Numbered from the whole stretch's first letter, positions 21,739 through 33,360 are shown. The stretch: 52,939 nucleotides of DNA, filler included, from Ionaspis alba (GCA_964255285.1; 2 parts of 2 records of this genome joined end to end with filler, not necessarily neighbours in it), one strand, 5' to 3'. Numbers and translations: made by a program. The notes: generated from the sequence alone by a model not told the origin.

Positions 21739-23665
21739 ATGGATACAAGTCTTATAGTAAGTGAATTAGGAGATATACTGCCCGTCAACAACGGACTTAT
21801 CGTGGTGGTTGTATTTGATGGTACTGACGCTCCGTCAAAAGTTCTTTCTCCTGGCGGTCTTGTTTCCACTGAGTCAAGGTACTGGCTTCCGGACCATTGG
21901 CTCTTCTGGGTGCACCGTGCAGATGGTTTTCCTTCCACCGTATACCAATACGGCGGTCTTCATCGATGGTTATCATGCCAACTACGGGGGACCAGGTGTC
22001 AATCTTGTAACGGGAGCCCCTTCGCCTGTATCCTATGTGTACGACGATGGTTCAGGAGTAAGTGTTTTCGGTACAGAGTACAACTTGCAAAACAATGCTC
22101 TGCGCAAACTCAGGCCAAAAAGTGACACATTTTGTTCCGCTGGATCCTTCTTCGCTGATGGAACACTTGCGAATGTTGCCGGAGCAGAGCCTGGTCCAGC
22201 GAGCGTGGGTAGTGGGTTCAATAAAATACGCACATATGCTCCCGGTCCATGTGGTGGTGCCTGTACCCAGGATTGGGTTGAAAGCACTTCTACCCTACAG
22301 AATGAGCGGTGGTATCCTTCGATGCATACCCTCGTTGATGGTAGTGTTCTTGTCGTTGGAGGCGCTAATGTAGGAGGACTGGTACTGAACGAGGCCGATA
22401 TCAACGTTCCGACTTATGAGATTGTTTTGCAAGGCGGCGGAACGGCCCCTCCACCCTCTCTACTTCCAATTCTCAATTTTACAATTGAGCAGAACCTAGT
22501 GCCTGGAAAGTCATACAATCTTTACCCTATATGTACGTAAATTCATTGTGGCCCGGAGGAAGGGTGTTGCTCACGGAGAATGCAGTACACTTAATACCTA
22601 ACCCCACCGCTGCCAATCAGATATTCACCGTGGCTGGTACCCAGGCTGTTGTATGGGACTACACCGAGAATGTGCTTGTTAAGGCATTGCCTGATGTACC
22701 TCTTCAACCGCGGACTTTTCCGTCTTCAGCAGTATCCGTGCTCCTCCCTCTTGTTGCTCCAAACTACAATTCAACAGTCCTTGTGTGTGGAGGTTCCTCA
22801 GGAGATATGCCCAATCCTCTGGCATTAAACGACTGTTACACGATCACTCCGCTAGGTGTCCCTTCGAGATGGACAGCCACTGATGCATTGCCTAACGGTC
22901 CACAAACACTGTCAGAAGGCATCTTGCTCCCTGATGGTACTGTTCTAATCCTCAATGGAGCACGTACTGGTTGTGGCGGCGGGTTCATGGCTGATGCTCC
23001 TGTTCTTACGCCTGTGATCTACAATCACTCTGCTCCGCTTGGTCAGCGTTTCACTTCACAACCCAGTACAAATATACCAAGGTTGTATCATTCGGTTGCG
23101 ATATTGCTTCCATCGGGTGAGGTTTTGGTGGCTGGCTCAAATCCTTCTGTCAGCTACAGTGCTAGTGGCAAAGTCCCAGAACAGCAAGTATCCTTTGATC
23201 TTCCTTGTACCAACTAGATCTGACTTGTACCGCAGCTGGCCGATCTTTGAGAACAATGGCCACATATGTGCTCTTCATCAGCAGCAGACACAGGCTTCGG
23301 CATACCCCACTGAGTATCGCGTCGAAATCTTCTCGCCTCCATACATGTTAGCTCCATCAAGGCCACTAATTGTTTCAAGCCCTTCTGCCATTGCGTACGC
23401 ATCAAACTTTACCGTCGACGGTACGCTTTACAGTTTCAGACTTCCTGGGAAGGTACAGGTAGTTCTCTCCAACCCAGGGTTTCACACCCACGGAGTTGCC
23501 ATGAGCCAGAGAATGGTGATGCTGGGCTTTCAGACTGTACCGAATACGAATTCTTTCACGGTCACAGCTCCAGGTGATGCCAGTATAATGCAACCAGGTG
23601 TTTACTTACTCTTTCTTGTGAATGATGGGATACCGTCCGAGGGTGTATGGGTTAAGCTGCAGTGA
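21739..23665 (+). CDS. Secreted copper radical oxidase / glyoxal oxidase family (CAZy AA5_1), 4 exons
   Basis: Introns 21757-21841, 22533-22585 and 23184-23235 (GC-AG). Signal peptide MDTSLIFFLLAVLFPLSQG. Active-site motifs DTFCSAG (Cys), RWYPS (Tyr), PRLYHS (Tyr-His) and FHTHG (His), with a C-terminal DUF1929-like PGVYLLFLVNDGIPS. Confidence 0.9.
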
Positions 23666-23955
23666 TGAAAGGGCCAATAATCTTTGCTGTCATATCTTAG
23701 AAGCTAGCAACCGCACTATAATAAGATCATGTCCGCTTCTCCATATGTCGAATAGGACCAGAGTATTGTCAAGGTCGAATGCTATAACTCGAGCTCCCAT
23801 ACACTGTCTCGGCTCCGCACGTCATAACGCGGAGCTCCGCTTCCCCACAATCCACCCCTAACACATCCATCACTCTTATAACTCTCCTTTTCAGACAAAT
23901 AAGTTTGGTTCAGTTGCACTTCTCCCAGAATTCCAGTCCACACACTGTAATAGGA

Positions 23956-25489
23956 ATGCCACCGATGGCTCTCCGACCATTGCTTTCGCCTTCAACGTGC
24001 CTCCCATATATCTCCCACTCGTCCGCGCTCACAATCCTAGCTCCTCGTGCCCATAACACTTATCGCGCTGCCCAACGTTCCAGAGTGCATCACCGTCCCC
24101 GGACCCAATCCTCTACCACCTCGAACGGATATTCCACAGCGTCTCCACCGCAGGATTATGCCCGCATTGTGGAAGTTGGACCCCGCGATGGCTTGCAGAA
24201 CGAGAAAACAACAATTCCACTGGCGACGAAGCTGGAATTAATCAGAAGATTGGCGGAGACGGGAGTCACGGATATGGAGGCGGGCAGCTTTGTGAGAGGC
24301 GAATGGGTTCCGCAGGTACGTTGCTGCAAGAGGCAGTCAATACACGGAATACGAGCCTCTAAAGCCTATCGAAGCATCAAGGGAGGGCAGCATTTGGGAC
24401 CTACAACATGAAAGGGGGTTCACCGAGCTAATGGCACAATTTGTTCAATAGATGGCAAACTCAGCCGATGTCCTAAATTATATTCTCGGACATCCACCCC
24501 AAGCACCACACTCAATTGCATACAACTTTCTCGTGCCAAACCTAAAGGGCATGCAAAACTTCCTCAAAGCTTCTGAGCAGGCCTCGGAGAAGTCAAACTC
24601 TCCTCTTACACCACCTCCTTCGCCGAAACTAATGGAAGAGGAAGCACCTGCTTCCAACACCTCCTCGCAAGATCCGAATGAAATGCCATCCAGCGAAGGA
24701 CAGAGAGCACCACCCACCCCACCAGCTTCACCAAAACCGGAAGACGAATCCCTTCCCGCCTCAAACACGTCCTCCGAAGACCCCAACTCCATGCCCTCCC
24801 GAGCAACACCGCGCGGCTCTCCCTCCCACCAAGCCCAACCTCCATCCCCACAATTCTCCACAGAGATCTCCCTCTTCGCCGCCGCCACGGAAGCCTTCTC
24901 GAAAGCAAACACAAACTGCACAATCGCCGAATCTCTGGACCGCTTCAAGCCCATCATCTCCCTCGCCAAATCCCGTGACTTGCGCGTTCGCGGCTATGTT
25001 TCCGTCGCCCTCGGCTGCCCTTACGAAGGTCCCAATGTTTCCCCACAGAAAGTCGCTGAGATCACGGCCACGTTGTTAGAGATGGGCGCGGATGAGGTGT
25101 CAGTTGCTGACACCACGGGAATGGGCACCGCGCCTAGGACGCAGGCCCTGCTAAAGGCATTGGAGGCGGCGGGTGTTAAGGATCAGGATCTGGCCCTGCA
25201 TTTCCACGACACGTATGGGCAAGCGCTCGTGAATACTGTCGTGGGACTAGAGCACGGAGTTAGGGTGTTCGATAGCAGTGTTGGCGGCTTAGGCGGGTGC
25301 CCGTATTCAAAGGGTGCGACAGGAAATGTGGCCACGGAGGATTTGGTTTATTGTTTGCATAGCCTCGGTGTTAGGACTGGTGTGGATGTCGAAAAGGTTG
25401 CGGAGACTGGGAAGTGGATTTCTGGAGAGTTGGGGCGCGAGTATGAGGCGAGGGCGGGGAAGGCGCTTTTGGCCAGGTTAAAAGCGTGA
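23956..25489 (+). CDS. Hydroxymethylglutaryl-CoA lyase, mitochondrial
   Basis: Arg/Ser-rich presequence, RIVEVGPRDGLQNE, intron 24316-24451, VADTTGMGT, ALHFHDTYGQAL and GLGGCPYSKGATGNVATED. Confidence 0.95.
24608..24799 (+). repeat. Diverged two-copy tandem repeat (108-nt / 36-aa period) inside HMG-CoA lyase
   Basis: TPPPSPKLMEEEAPASNTSSQDPNEMPS starts at 24608 and TPPASPKPEDESLPASNTSSEDPNSMPS starts at 24716. Confidence 0.85.
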
Positions 25490-25684
25490 GGTGCGTGGAA
25501 AGCGGTGAGGATGTAATTCTTTGAAAAGGGGATGGAGTCCGGGGGAGTGCTGTATAAAGATTGCGGAGGGCGTGTTTCCCGATGTCGGAAGTTACTGGCT
25601 GTATATCGCACTTGAAAATGACGAGCTGCCTTTCGGACGGTCCGTTCTTCGCTTTCCTGATGGAGCCTGGAAAAATCACATCAT

Positions 25685-26299
25685 TCAAGTCTTCCCCGTC
25701 TCAACCACAATATAGCGACCAATCTTCTTAGATGCTCGAGCCAGTGGATCCCAGTCTTCTGCACCGTTTGTGTCTACTGGTAGATTCTTCTTCCTCCTTA
25801 TCCGCCTTGAGTGCCCCACGACCTCTTCTTTCTCTAGTTCTGGTAACATCGATTCCAACGTGATCTCGTTCTCTCTGTCCGCAGCTTCGGTCTCGTCTCT
25901 GATACTCTGTAAAGGTTCGACACCTGTAGTATCGACGCTCTGGATAGCTTGAACGAAGTGAAGTTGGGATTCGAGAGTCTCGATCATCTTAGCTTCTTCT
26001 TCTGCGGTCTTGGGTAGTGGAAGGGCGGAGAGTCGTAGAAGATGGTGCAGCTGTTTCTGGGTGATTTTTGCAGCAGGTTGAGCAGTGTCGTGCGGTTCTA
26101 GTAGTGATTGAACGGACCAGGTTGGTTTATCGAGGAAATCACGAATCTCTTCCTTTGATAGTGCTTCCGAAGTTATTGATGACTGCCAACATCGCTGGTG
26201 GACAAAGGAAAGATCCAATTGCAGAGGTTTCCGTGCTAGAGCGCTGTTTACACTGCTCAAGCATTTCACTGCTGAAGCAGTTCTCGTAATGTTGAGCAT
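25685..26299 (-). CDS. Mitochondrial Glu-tRNA(Gln) amidotransferase subunit C/F-like protein
   Basis: Likely ATG at 26299 (MLNITRTASAVKCL.., presequence-like). Motifs PTWSVQSLL, QLHHLLRLSALP and QLHFVQAIQSVDTTGVEPLQSIRDE. Confidence 0.8.
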   Translation of the reverse strand: MLNITRTASAVKCLSSVNSALARKPLQLDLSFVHQRCWQSSITSEALSKEEIRDFLDKPTWSVQSLLEPHDTAQPAAKITQKQLHHLLRLSALPLPKTAEEEAKMIETLESQLHFVQAIQSVDTTGVEPLQSIRDETEAADRENEITLESMLPELEKEEVVGHSRRIRRKKNLPVDTNGAEDWDPLARASKKIGRYIVVETGKT

Positions 26300-26424
26300 C
26301 ACGCTCACGAATGAGACAGTTGTGAGAGCAGAGAGCTCTGCCTCAAAGTTGCTCGTGACTGCTAGTGTCCCTGACTCTGCCCTATCACAATACGTCACAT
26401 CAACAATCCAACACCGAGCCCCTT

Positions 26425-26524
26425 NNNNNNNNNNNNNNNNNNNNNNNNNNNNNNNNNNNNNNNNNNNNTTAATTAATTAANNNNNNNNNNNNNNNNNNNN
26501 NNNNNNNNNNNNNNNNNNNNNNNN
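26425..26524. other. Artificial 100-nt contig linker N44-TTAATTAATTAA-N44
   Basis: TTAATTAATTAA (stops in all six frames) at 26469-26480 embedded in N runs; it truncates the PFA3 ORF. Confidence 0.95.
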
Positions 26525-26884
26525 GGGGAATGGAGAGGGGAGAGGAGGGGGAACCGGGGTCGGTGAAGACGGCGGTGGTGTAGGACCAGTTGAGGAGGAT
26601 GTAGAGGGTTGTGCCGAGGAGGAGGGTGAGGTAGCCTAGGTTTTGAATTCGTGAGCCAGGTATTCGTGAGCGAAGATATAGGAGAATATACCCTTCCAGG
26701 AAGTCTTCATCCATATTAGACTGAGCGTGCCCTCGACAAAGACGCCCCAGGTTGTCAAGCCATAGACGAATAATAAGGGGATGTGGGTGACGACTGTCCA
26801 GCAGCATCGCTCACATCGCCGGGCGAAGCCCCGTCGCCGTCGAGCAGGTGATGACGGCGAGGGTGATGAGTCCCGGCTCGCCAT
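26525..26884 (-). CDS. PFA3: DHHC palmitoyltransferase PFA3-like, N-terminal part only (cut by the linker)
   Basis: ATG 26884, intron 26636-26691. ARRCERCC..PLLFVYGLTTWGVFVE..LYILLNWSYTTAVFTDPGSP matches the first two TM segments and DPG motif of fungal Pfa3. The DHHC domain itself is not in the window. Confidence 0.8.
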
Positions 26885-27480
26885 CTTGAATGTGGTTCCA
26901 AAGCTTGAAGAATACCTCACTCATGCGCCATGACCTAAGTTCGGGGCCAGTTCACGCATTCAGGGGAAATCTTCTGCAGGTAACGAAGGCTGCAGGGATA
27001 GTCTAATTAGTGGTCAATCAAGAAAAGATTGATATAGACAATGAATGTGATATGATGCTAAGAATGAGCAACCGAATAGAGCCTGGGTGTTAGAAATACG
27101 GGATGGTTGGTGTCAGGAGTACGTCCAATCTTCTGGTCTCATGCTACGTAAGCTCCGCCATGGTGTGCCAGCGGCGGCACAGTCTTACAAATTGTCAGGA
27201 ATAGTTGATGCCAAGCCTATCCATCGATCAAGAATGCACAAGTACAAACAGCTCAAGACCTTTCAAGAACAGTGAATTTTGATTATGAGCTTCTAGTAAG
27301 ATAGTTGTGAATCATAAAATGACTTAATAAGTACAACTGTGGATAAATCGCCTTGACAAGAGCTCTCCTCCAAAGATGCGCCACTTGCTATGCTCAAACA
27401 TCGACAAAAACCACTCTTTGAACGCCGCACCAGCTCCTCTTTGACGGCATAAACCTCATGGACATACACTGAAAATCCCT

Positions 27481-29175
27481 CTAGAAGAAACCTTGAAGAT
27501 CCGTAGGAGAGTAGAAGTCAAAAACATCCCTCTTCGTAGTCCTATTCTGTAGCTGAATATTTCCAATATCACACCAGTTCTTGATCGGCTATAGAATCAT
27601 CAGCACAGCCCTCCATTACAACAGAATACTCAAAAAGACTTACCAGACAACTCAAATACTTGCACCAAGAGCAAGTATTCCGATATTTGTAGAAATTATT
27701 CAAGAGCACCACAAAGCAGACCAGAACCCCAATCAGTGCACCAGCCCTAACAAGCCACCACACCCACCACAGCGGCTTCCGTCCTTTGAAAAAGCCAACA
27801 GGCTGTTTGACAAAGCCCTTGACCCCGTCGAAACTGTCAGGATTCGACTTGGTGGTTACTGCATGATAAGGAACGGTAGTCCCGACCCTCTCTCGGAGCA
27901 CGTTCGGCGAGTGCAGGATACACAGGCCAAAGACCAAGCCCATAAGAAAGCCACCAATATGCGCAAAGTTGTCCAAGCCCGGAAGAAGTCCTAAAGCCAA
28001 CGAGATCACGATATCGAGGAGTATAAAAGCCAGATCCTTACCGGGCGACCTCCTCTCCTTCCAGGTATACAGCAAATCCAGCAGCATAATCGCAATAATG
28101 CCGAACAACGCCCCGGACGCCCCCGTCGACGCAATCCCGGTCGGAGCAAAATTCCCACCCATCACGAACCCGAAGATCCCACTACTAAGATACACCAACA
28201 GGAACCGCAACGACCCGATCTCCTTCTCCATCTCCTTCCCCAGCGTCAACTGCAGCAGCATATTAAATGCGATATGGATAATGCCCGCGTGGAGGAATAT
28301 CGGGATGATGAACCGGTACCACTGATTCGGCTGCGGATTGTCCGAGACGCTGCCTCCGACGTGGGGATTCGGTACGCCTTGGAAGCCGCACAAGTCCGAG
28401 AGAGAGCATTTGTTCATGGGACTGGTGGGAAGATCCGAGGTTGTGTTTGGACAGGGCCAGGTTATGGGTTCGGTGGAGTCTTGGATGCCGTTGACGGATT
28501 TCATGCAAGGGACGTAGCGGGCGCCCATGTTGATGAGGACGTAGATGGAGGGGCCCAGCATAGGGTTTACTTGCGGGTGGATGGCGATGGGGGAGCCGGT
28601 GAGTATGGCTGCGGGAGGTTGTCAGTGCGTGCGCTGAAGAGTGGGGGGTGAGACGACTCACAATTTCGTACTATTTCGGCGATGAAGACCGCGATTTGGA
28701 TTAGGGTGAATATGTAGACTACCCATGGTATCTTGCCCTTGAACCAGCCTTTCTTCTCTGGCTCCCTCCGCTTCTTGCGTCGCGATCGGTTTGCAGGTCC
28801 TGGTAGAGCGCCATCGTCCATGGAAGGCTGTTTCCCGTGCAGACTACTGTTTTCTAATTGTGGGTTCTGGGAGTGTGGTTGCAGGGGTATGTCGTCTGCG
28901 AAGTGGCCTGATCCATTGCCTCTCCCTCCACCTCCGGCTCCGTAGAAACGCGAATCAGAGTCGTCCGATGTTTGTCGCCCAGGGTGGTGGTACAGTGAGG
29001 ATTTGGGGTCGTAGTTGGGAGAGATGGGAGAGTCTGTTGTGTGTGCTGCGTACTGAGGGTTGTATGCGCTGTATGAGGATACTGGTAGGGGAGCTGGGGG
29101 GAGTCTTCCTCCGGCGGAGGAGTGTTGGTTGGGATGGTCTGGAAGAGGTGCGTTATAATAGTCGTTGGCGGCCAT
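27481..29175 (-). CDS. Rhomboid family intramembrane serine protease (3 exons)
   Basis: Introns 28609-28661 and 27589-27643, stop TAG at 27481. Motifs QWYRF, FLHAGIIHIAFN, catalytic GASG and DNFAHIGG, with Cys-rich luminal segments. Confidence 0.93.
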
Positions 29176-30573
29176 GATGAGCTTGTCGAGGCTAGAGGCG
29201 TGGAATTGGTAGGGAACGTTTGATGGTCAATCTTTAAGAAATTTGGAGGACAACAGCGGCCTCACGGCATGGTAGAAAGCGATGTTATGGCCACAAGAGG
29301 TCTCGGTGTACCGTTACACGGTGCAGCGCAGAAGGAAAATATCTTTATGGATTCTTGGCTGTTGACAAGATATGGACTGTACACAGTCGTGTGGGAGCCT
29401 GGATGCTGCTTTAGTGATTGTGTATGATGTTGAACGAGTGAATTATGAATCACTAGAAAAAGAATGAAAGGAACACAGCTGGGCGAAGAGGAGTGATCCA
29501 AAGTTGTTGTACAGAAGGTACGTGTCTGGCCAAGCTAGGTTAGGTTGCGAGTGCTGTGCTTGATCTGTAGCAGGGTGGCGTCGGCAGCTTCCTGGGTTGC
29601 ATGAGGGCCGAATCGGGATTGGTGCAGCTGGCTTGATTGCTCGAATCGGGTCGTGTCATCTCTTAGTCCCATGCTAGTGTGTTTCATAATCATTAATGCC
29701 GACCAATGCTATCATGCACATAGTGGATATTTAAGCAGGATACGTAATTGGCAAGGCTATAATCTGCAGTCCCATCCATCCATCCCATCATCGAAGACTT
29801 GTCTATGTCTCGATTACTACATAATGGCGAGCCAACCTGAGAAGCCTTACCGTTGAGATATGCCTTTGTCATATGGGTTTGTGTAATGTCCCATAGCTCC
29901 AACGATTTCCCTGTGTCTCCACACATTCCCCATATCGACTACTCACGCTCTCATTGGTGTATTAGATTAGACGTCAAATACATGTATAGTCACACGATCA
30001 GGATTGAGATTGAGGGCACGGGATGTAGGATAGAGAGGAATGCTCTGCCAAAGCATCACAAGGACTCCAGCCACAACACAGCCACTGGCTCTACAAACGG
30101 TCACCACCAAGAGGATGAGTGTGGAGAGATGCAGGTTCCGAGGCCACGGGTGTAGTTTATGGCCCTTGTTGAGGCCTTGCAAATCGTCGTAAAGCTCGTT
30201 CGATTAGTGTGCATATAGAAATGGGCTCGCATATTGTTCTGCATGCATTATCTCATTGGTGCTTCAAATAGTGACGACTCAGGACAAGGCTGAGCCTTGC
30301 TACCTCGAACATGAGCGGGTTGGATAGTAACAATGAGACCAGCAATGGCTGTCCCCATTAATGATATCGAGGACAACACTGCGTGAGGGATTTTATAATT
30401 GTGGTCATGCAGAATCCCGCTACTCATCCAATGTGCTCCCTTGACCACCACACAACAGCCACCTCAAGTGGATCAGGACCGATGTCTGCATAAACTGAAA
30501 CGACCACACAGATCTCGAAGATCAGACACTTTTTTGACCTCGATCGTAGTAGCCGTGTTACAGGATCACAGAC

Positions 30574-32562
30574 ATGGCAGACCCGGAAAATCCACTGATT
30601 AAGGCTCTCCCACCAGAAATCGACTACATCTCCTATCTGACCATCGTCGAATACAATCTCACCGAAGAGCAGCTACCGCTCCTTCACAGCATCCTCCGAG
30701 ACAACCCAACTCTAACCACTAACATTGGATGGGATCTCGTTCATCTTCTCGTTCCATTTCTCCCTGCTTCGAGAGAATGCCTCGAGGATGTGGCTCAGCT
30801 AGGAAACCCCAGGGAGGTGATCCTCAAGGTCACAGAGGCACTTGAAATCATAAGGAGTCAAAAGTCTGATGAAGACGATGATCAGAGCTTTGTCTCTTCG
30901 TCTGGCGAAGCGAACGAGGACGAGGAAGCCCCTTCCCTTGAACCTCACGCTGTGGAAGATGGAGAAGCCAACGAAGGAAAGCAGACCGCAAACACTCTGC
31001 TCATCAAGTTTGAAGTCCTTTTGCAAATGCTATCTACTCTACACCAACGTATCAAGACTGCATATCCCAGCCGGTTTCTGTCAACATCTCTGCAAGCCAT
31101 CATTCCTGCTTACGCTAAAGTGGCACATCTCTCTTCCGCCATAGAGAGCCTAATCTCATTTGTCAAGAGCGTGGTGGGTCCAAAGAAACCTCCACTCCCA
31201 CCTCGCAATGGCGGATCAGTGCAACACACTGCGAATGATGCTTCTCGTGCAGCTCCAGACCCAGAAGCTTGTCTGGAAGATCTGTCACCAGAAGAAGCAA
31301 AGCTTCAGGATCGGCTCATTTGCTCTTTCATCACTCATGTCGTAGAGAGATATATCGACTCGATCCCTGCAATGGAAGATGTCCCAGGCTTGGCATGGAC
31401 TTCTCGGTTTCAGGAGAAGCGTTGTCCTGAGAAGCTTATACCCCATCGCCAAACGATGGAGGCTATGTTCGCAGATAATGATGAGCTCAAGCGTCGAGAT
31501 GAAATGGTTCTGCAAATCTCGGGATTTGTATCAATATCGCTATCTAACCAAATCGAGGATTTAAATTGGATCTTGACACATTCCGATATCGACCTTGAAG
31601 GTTCCGATATCCTGGAACATTCTGATGTATTTGCAACGGACCTCCCGCCTTCCCGTATTGGTCTGCTATACATTTTGGCGAACGATCTCTATGCTGGCGG
31701 CTCGCTCACCAAGAATTCATTTCGCAAGCCCGTCAAAAACTCTGTGAAGACGCATGCCAGTATGATGAGATCCTACATCGACGATGCCAATGTGGGCAGC
31801 GCAGGTACAGAGAGACAGGCTGTCATTGATGCACTTCTTCTCTTTGGATTCATGTCCTTGCAAGAGATCTATCCTGACACATTTGCTAGCGAGGAAGAAT
31901 TCTTCGAATACTTGCAGCGCTTGTGTCTCCTCTCGGCGAACACACCATCGCCTAGCCTTCGATATCATGCTCACGTTCTTGTCTCTACTATTCTCCACGC
32001 GCATCCTAGCGAGCAGACTCGATATACTTTTATCAAAGATACGCTCGAGCACTGTCCTTTTGAGAACCTCAAAGTTAGTGCTGTTGGTTGGTTCAAAGAG
32101 GAACTTCTTGCTGCCGGTAGGACTGAAAGCCAGACCGAAGACAAGGACCAAACTGCAGAGACTCCAAGCAGCAAAGAGCCTATTAGTCAGCAAGGAAGCA
32201 ATTTCTTCCTTGATCTCGACACGCTCAGTTCCCTGTGCCCCTTTCTATTCCCGTCCATCGAATCCGCCGCAGAAGATCTGACGGTCCTTCAGATGCAGTT
32301 GCCTTTCTACCTGGCAGTATTGAACCTCTACTACCTTATGTGCTCGTCGCCACTGCTGCTCGAAAGGCTTGAGATTTCGAAACTGGAAAAGCACTACGAT
32401 GTTGTCAATCATTTCATCAATCCACTAGCTGAGCTCGCGTCTAAGTTTAGACGACAAGCGGAAACGGGAGATCGATTAGTCAGTGACTCGGCAGAAGTTC
32501 TCACGGACCTGCAACTTCTTGAGGTCATTATTGAACAGGTCCGGCAAGCGCGACAAAGTTGA
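30574..32562 (+). CDS. YAP-binding/ALF4/glomulin family protein (Ybp1/2-like, DUF1760)
   Basis: 662-aa ORF with LTTNIGWDLVHLL, AQLGNPREVILKV, RIKTAYPSRFLSTSLQAI and LEHCPFENLKVSAVGWFKEE. Confidence 0.8.
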   Translation: MADPENPLIKALPPEIDYISYLTIVEYNLTEEQLPLLHSILRDNPTLTTNIGWDLVHLLVPFLPASRECLEDVAQLGNPREVILKVTEALEIIRSQKSDEDDDQSFVSSSGEANEDEEAPSLEPHAVEDGEANEGKQTANTLLIKFEVLLQMLSTLHQRIKTAYPSRFLSTSLQAIIPAYAKVAHLSSAIESLISFVKSVVGPKKPPLPPRNGGSVQHTANDASRAAPDPEACLEDLSPEEAKLQDRLICSFITHVVERYIDSIPAMEDVPGLAWTSRFQEKRCPEKLIPHRQTMEAMFADNDELKRRDEMVLQISGFVSISLSNQIEDLNWILTHSDIDLEGSDILEHSDVFATDLPPSRIGLLYILANDLYAGGSLTKNSFRKPVKNSVKTHASMMRSYIDDANVGSAGTERQAVIDALLLFGFMSLQEIYPDTFASEEEFFEYLQRLCLLSANTPSPSLRYHAHVLVSTILHAHPSEQTRYTFIKDTLEHCPFENLKVSAVGWFKEELLAAGRTESQTEDKDQTAETPSSKEPISQQGSNFFLDLDTLSSLCPFLFPSIESAAEDLTVLQMQLPFYLAVLNLYYLMCSSPLLLERLEISKLEKHYDVVNHFINPLAELASKFRRQAETGDRLVSDSAEVLTDLQLLEVIIEQVRQARQS

Positions 32563-33246
32563 AAGAGTAGAACTTGGTCTTTGCTCCTGTACATGCATAC
32601 TTCGCACCATATGGTGCAAAATCAGGTCAACCATTTGACCACTCGTCCTAGTTTCACTCCAGATTACAATACCAGAGGAGCATGTCACTATGCCTCATTT
32701 CGATGTTGTGAGCTATGACATATCACAAATCAACAGCAATCACTTCCTTCGAAAACTACCATGTGTTCAACAAGCGTTTTGCATCTAACTACAAACCGTC
32801 ACGCAGGCTAGCTAGACCCACGCAACACCCGCTTGGAACTCATCTTTCGCAGCAGGAGATCTCCCACCCAACGCCATAACACCCAAAAAGCATACATAAT
32901 CCAAAGAAGAAAAAAACAGAGAAAATATCAGACAAAGAGCCCAATGCCATCACACCCACCCCCATCTCACAAGATCCCAGACCCGAAAGGGCACAGTCTC
33001 CGAAAGAACGAGAGCAAGTCGAGGCCGGCTAGTAACAAAAACAGGAATTCCCATACAGAGTCAGACAAAAGAGAGAAATGGACCCATTACAATCCACGAT
33101 CCTAGGATTCAACAGCGGCCGGTTCTCAACACCTGGGGATCATTGCTGACTCCAGGTACCAAGCACCATCGCCTGTGGGTCCCCGCGGCTCAATAGTGCA
33201 CGGGTGGTGGATCGAGGACGTCAAGGGTGTGTGGTGCTGGCGCCAT

Positions 33247-33330
33247 TTACATGACGGTGCAGCCGGAGCCGGGGATGCCTCTGTAGCCGTTGGCGGCGGT
33301 GGGGGTGGGAACGTTGCTTGATGGAGACAT
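33247..33330 (-). CDS. a-factor-type (CaaX, lipopeptide) mating pheromone precursor, 27 aa
   Basis: ATG 33330 in a strong AACCAACCATG context. Translation MSPSSNVPTPTAANGYRGIPGSGCTVM*: S/T/P-rich pro-region, Asn before the putative mature peptide, CaaX box CTVM. It has its own TATA box and 5'-UTR intron and sits alone in a 2-kb intergenic gap next to PLD. Confidence 0.85.
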   Translation of the reverse strand: MSPSSNVPTPTAANGYRGIPGSGCTVM

Positions 33331-33360
33331 GGTTGGTTTTGGGATTGGTAGTCTGGAGAC

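Noticed and set aside
26469..26480. TTAATTAATTAA palindrome as a piggyBac target or regulatory site
   Set aside because: Embedded in Ns; it is a standard artificial six-frame-stop spacer.
29653..30451. Short hydrophobic ORFs between the rhomboid and Ybp-like genes
   Set aside because: Mostly non-ATG starts, no consistent splice path and no recognisable motif. A decayed gene cannot be excluded but is not supportable.
33190..33246. 18-codon ORF MAPAPHTLDVLDPPPVHY starting right after the pheromone stop
   Set aside because: No CaaX box or similarity to the pheromone; most likely a chance ORF in the 3' UTR.
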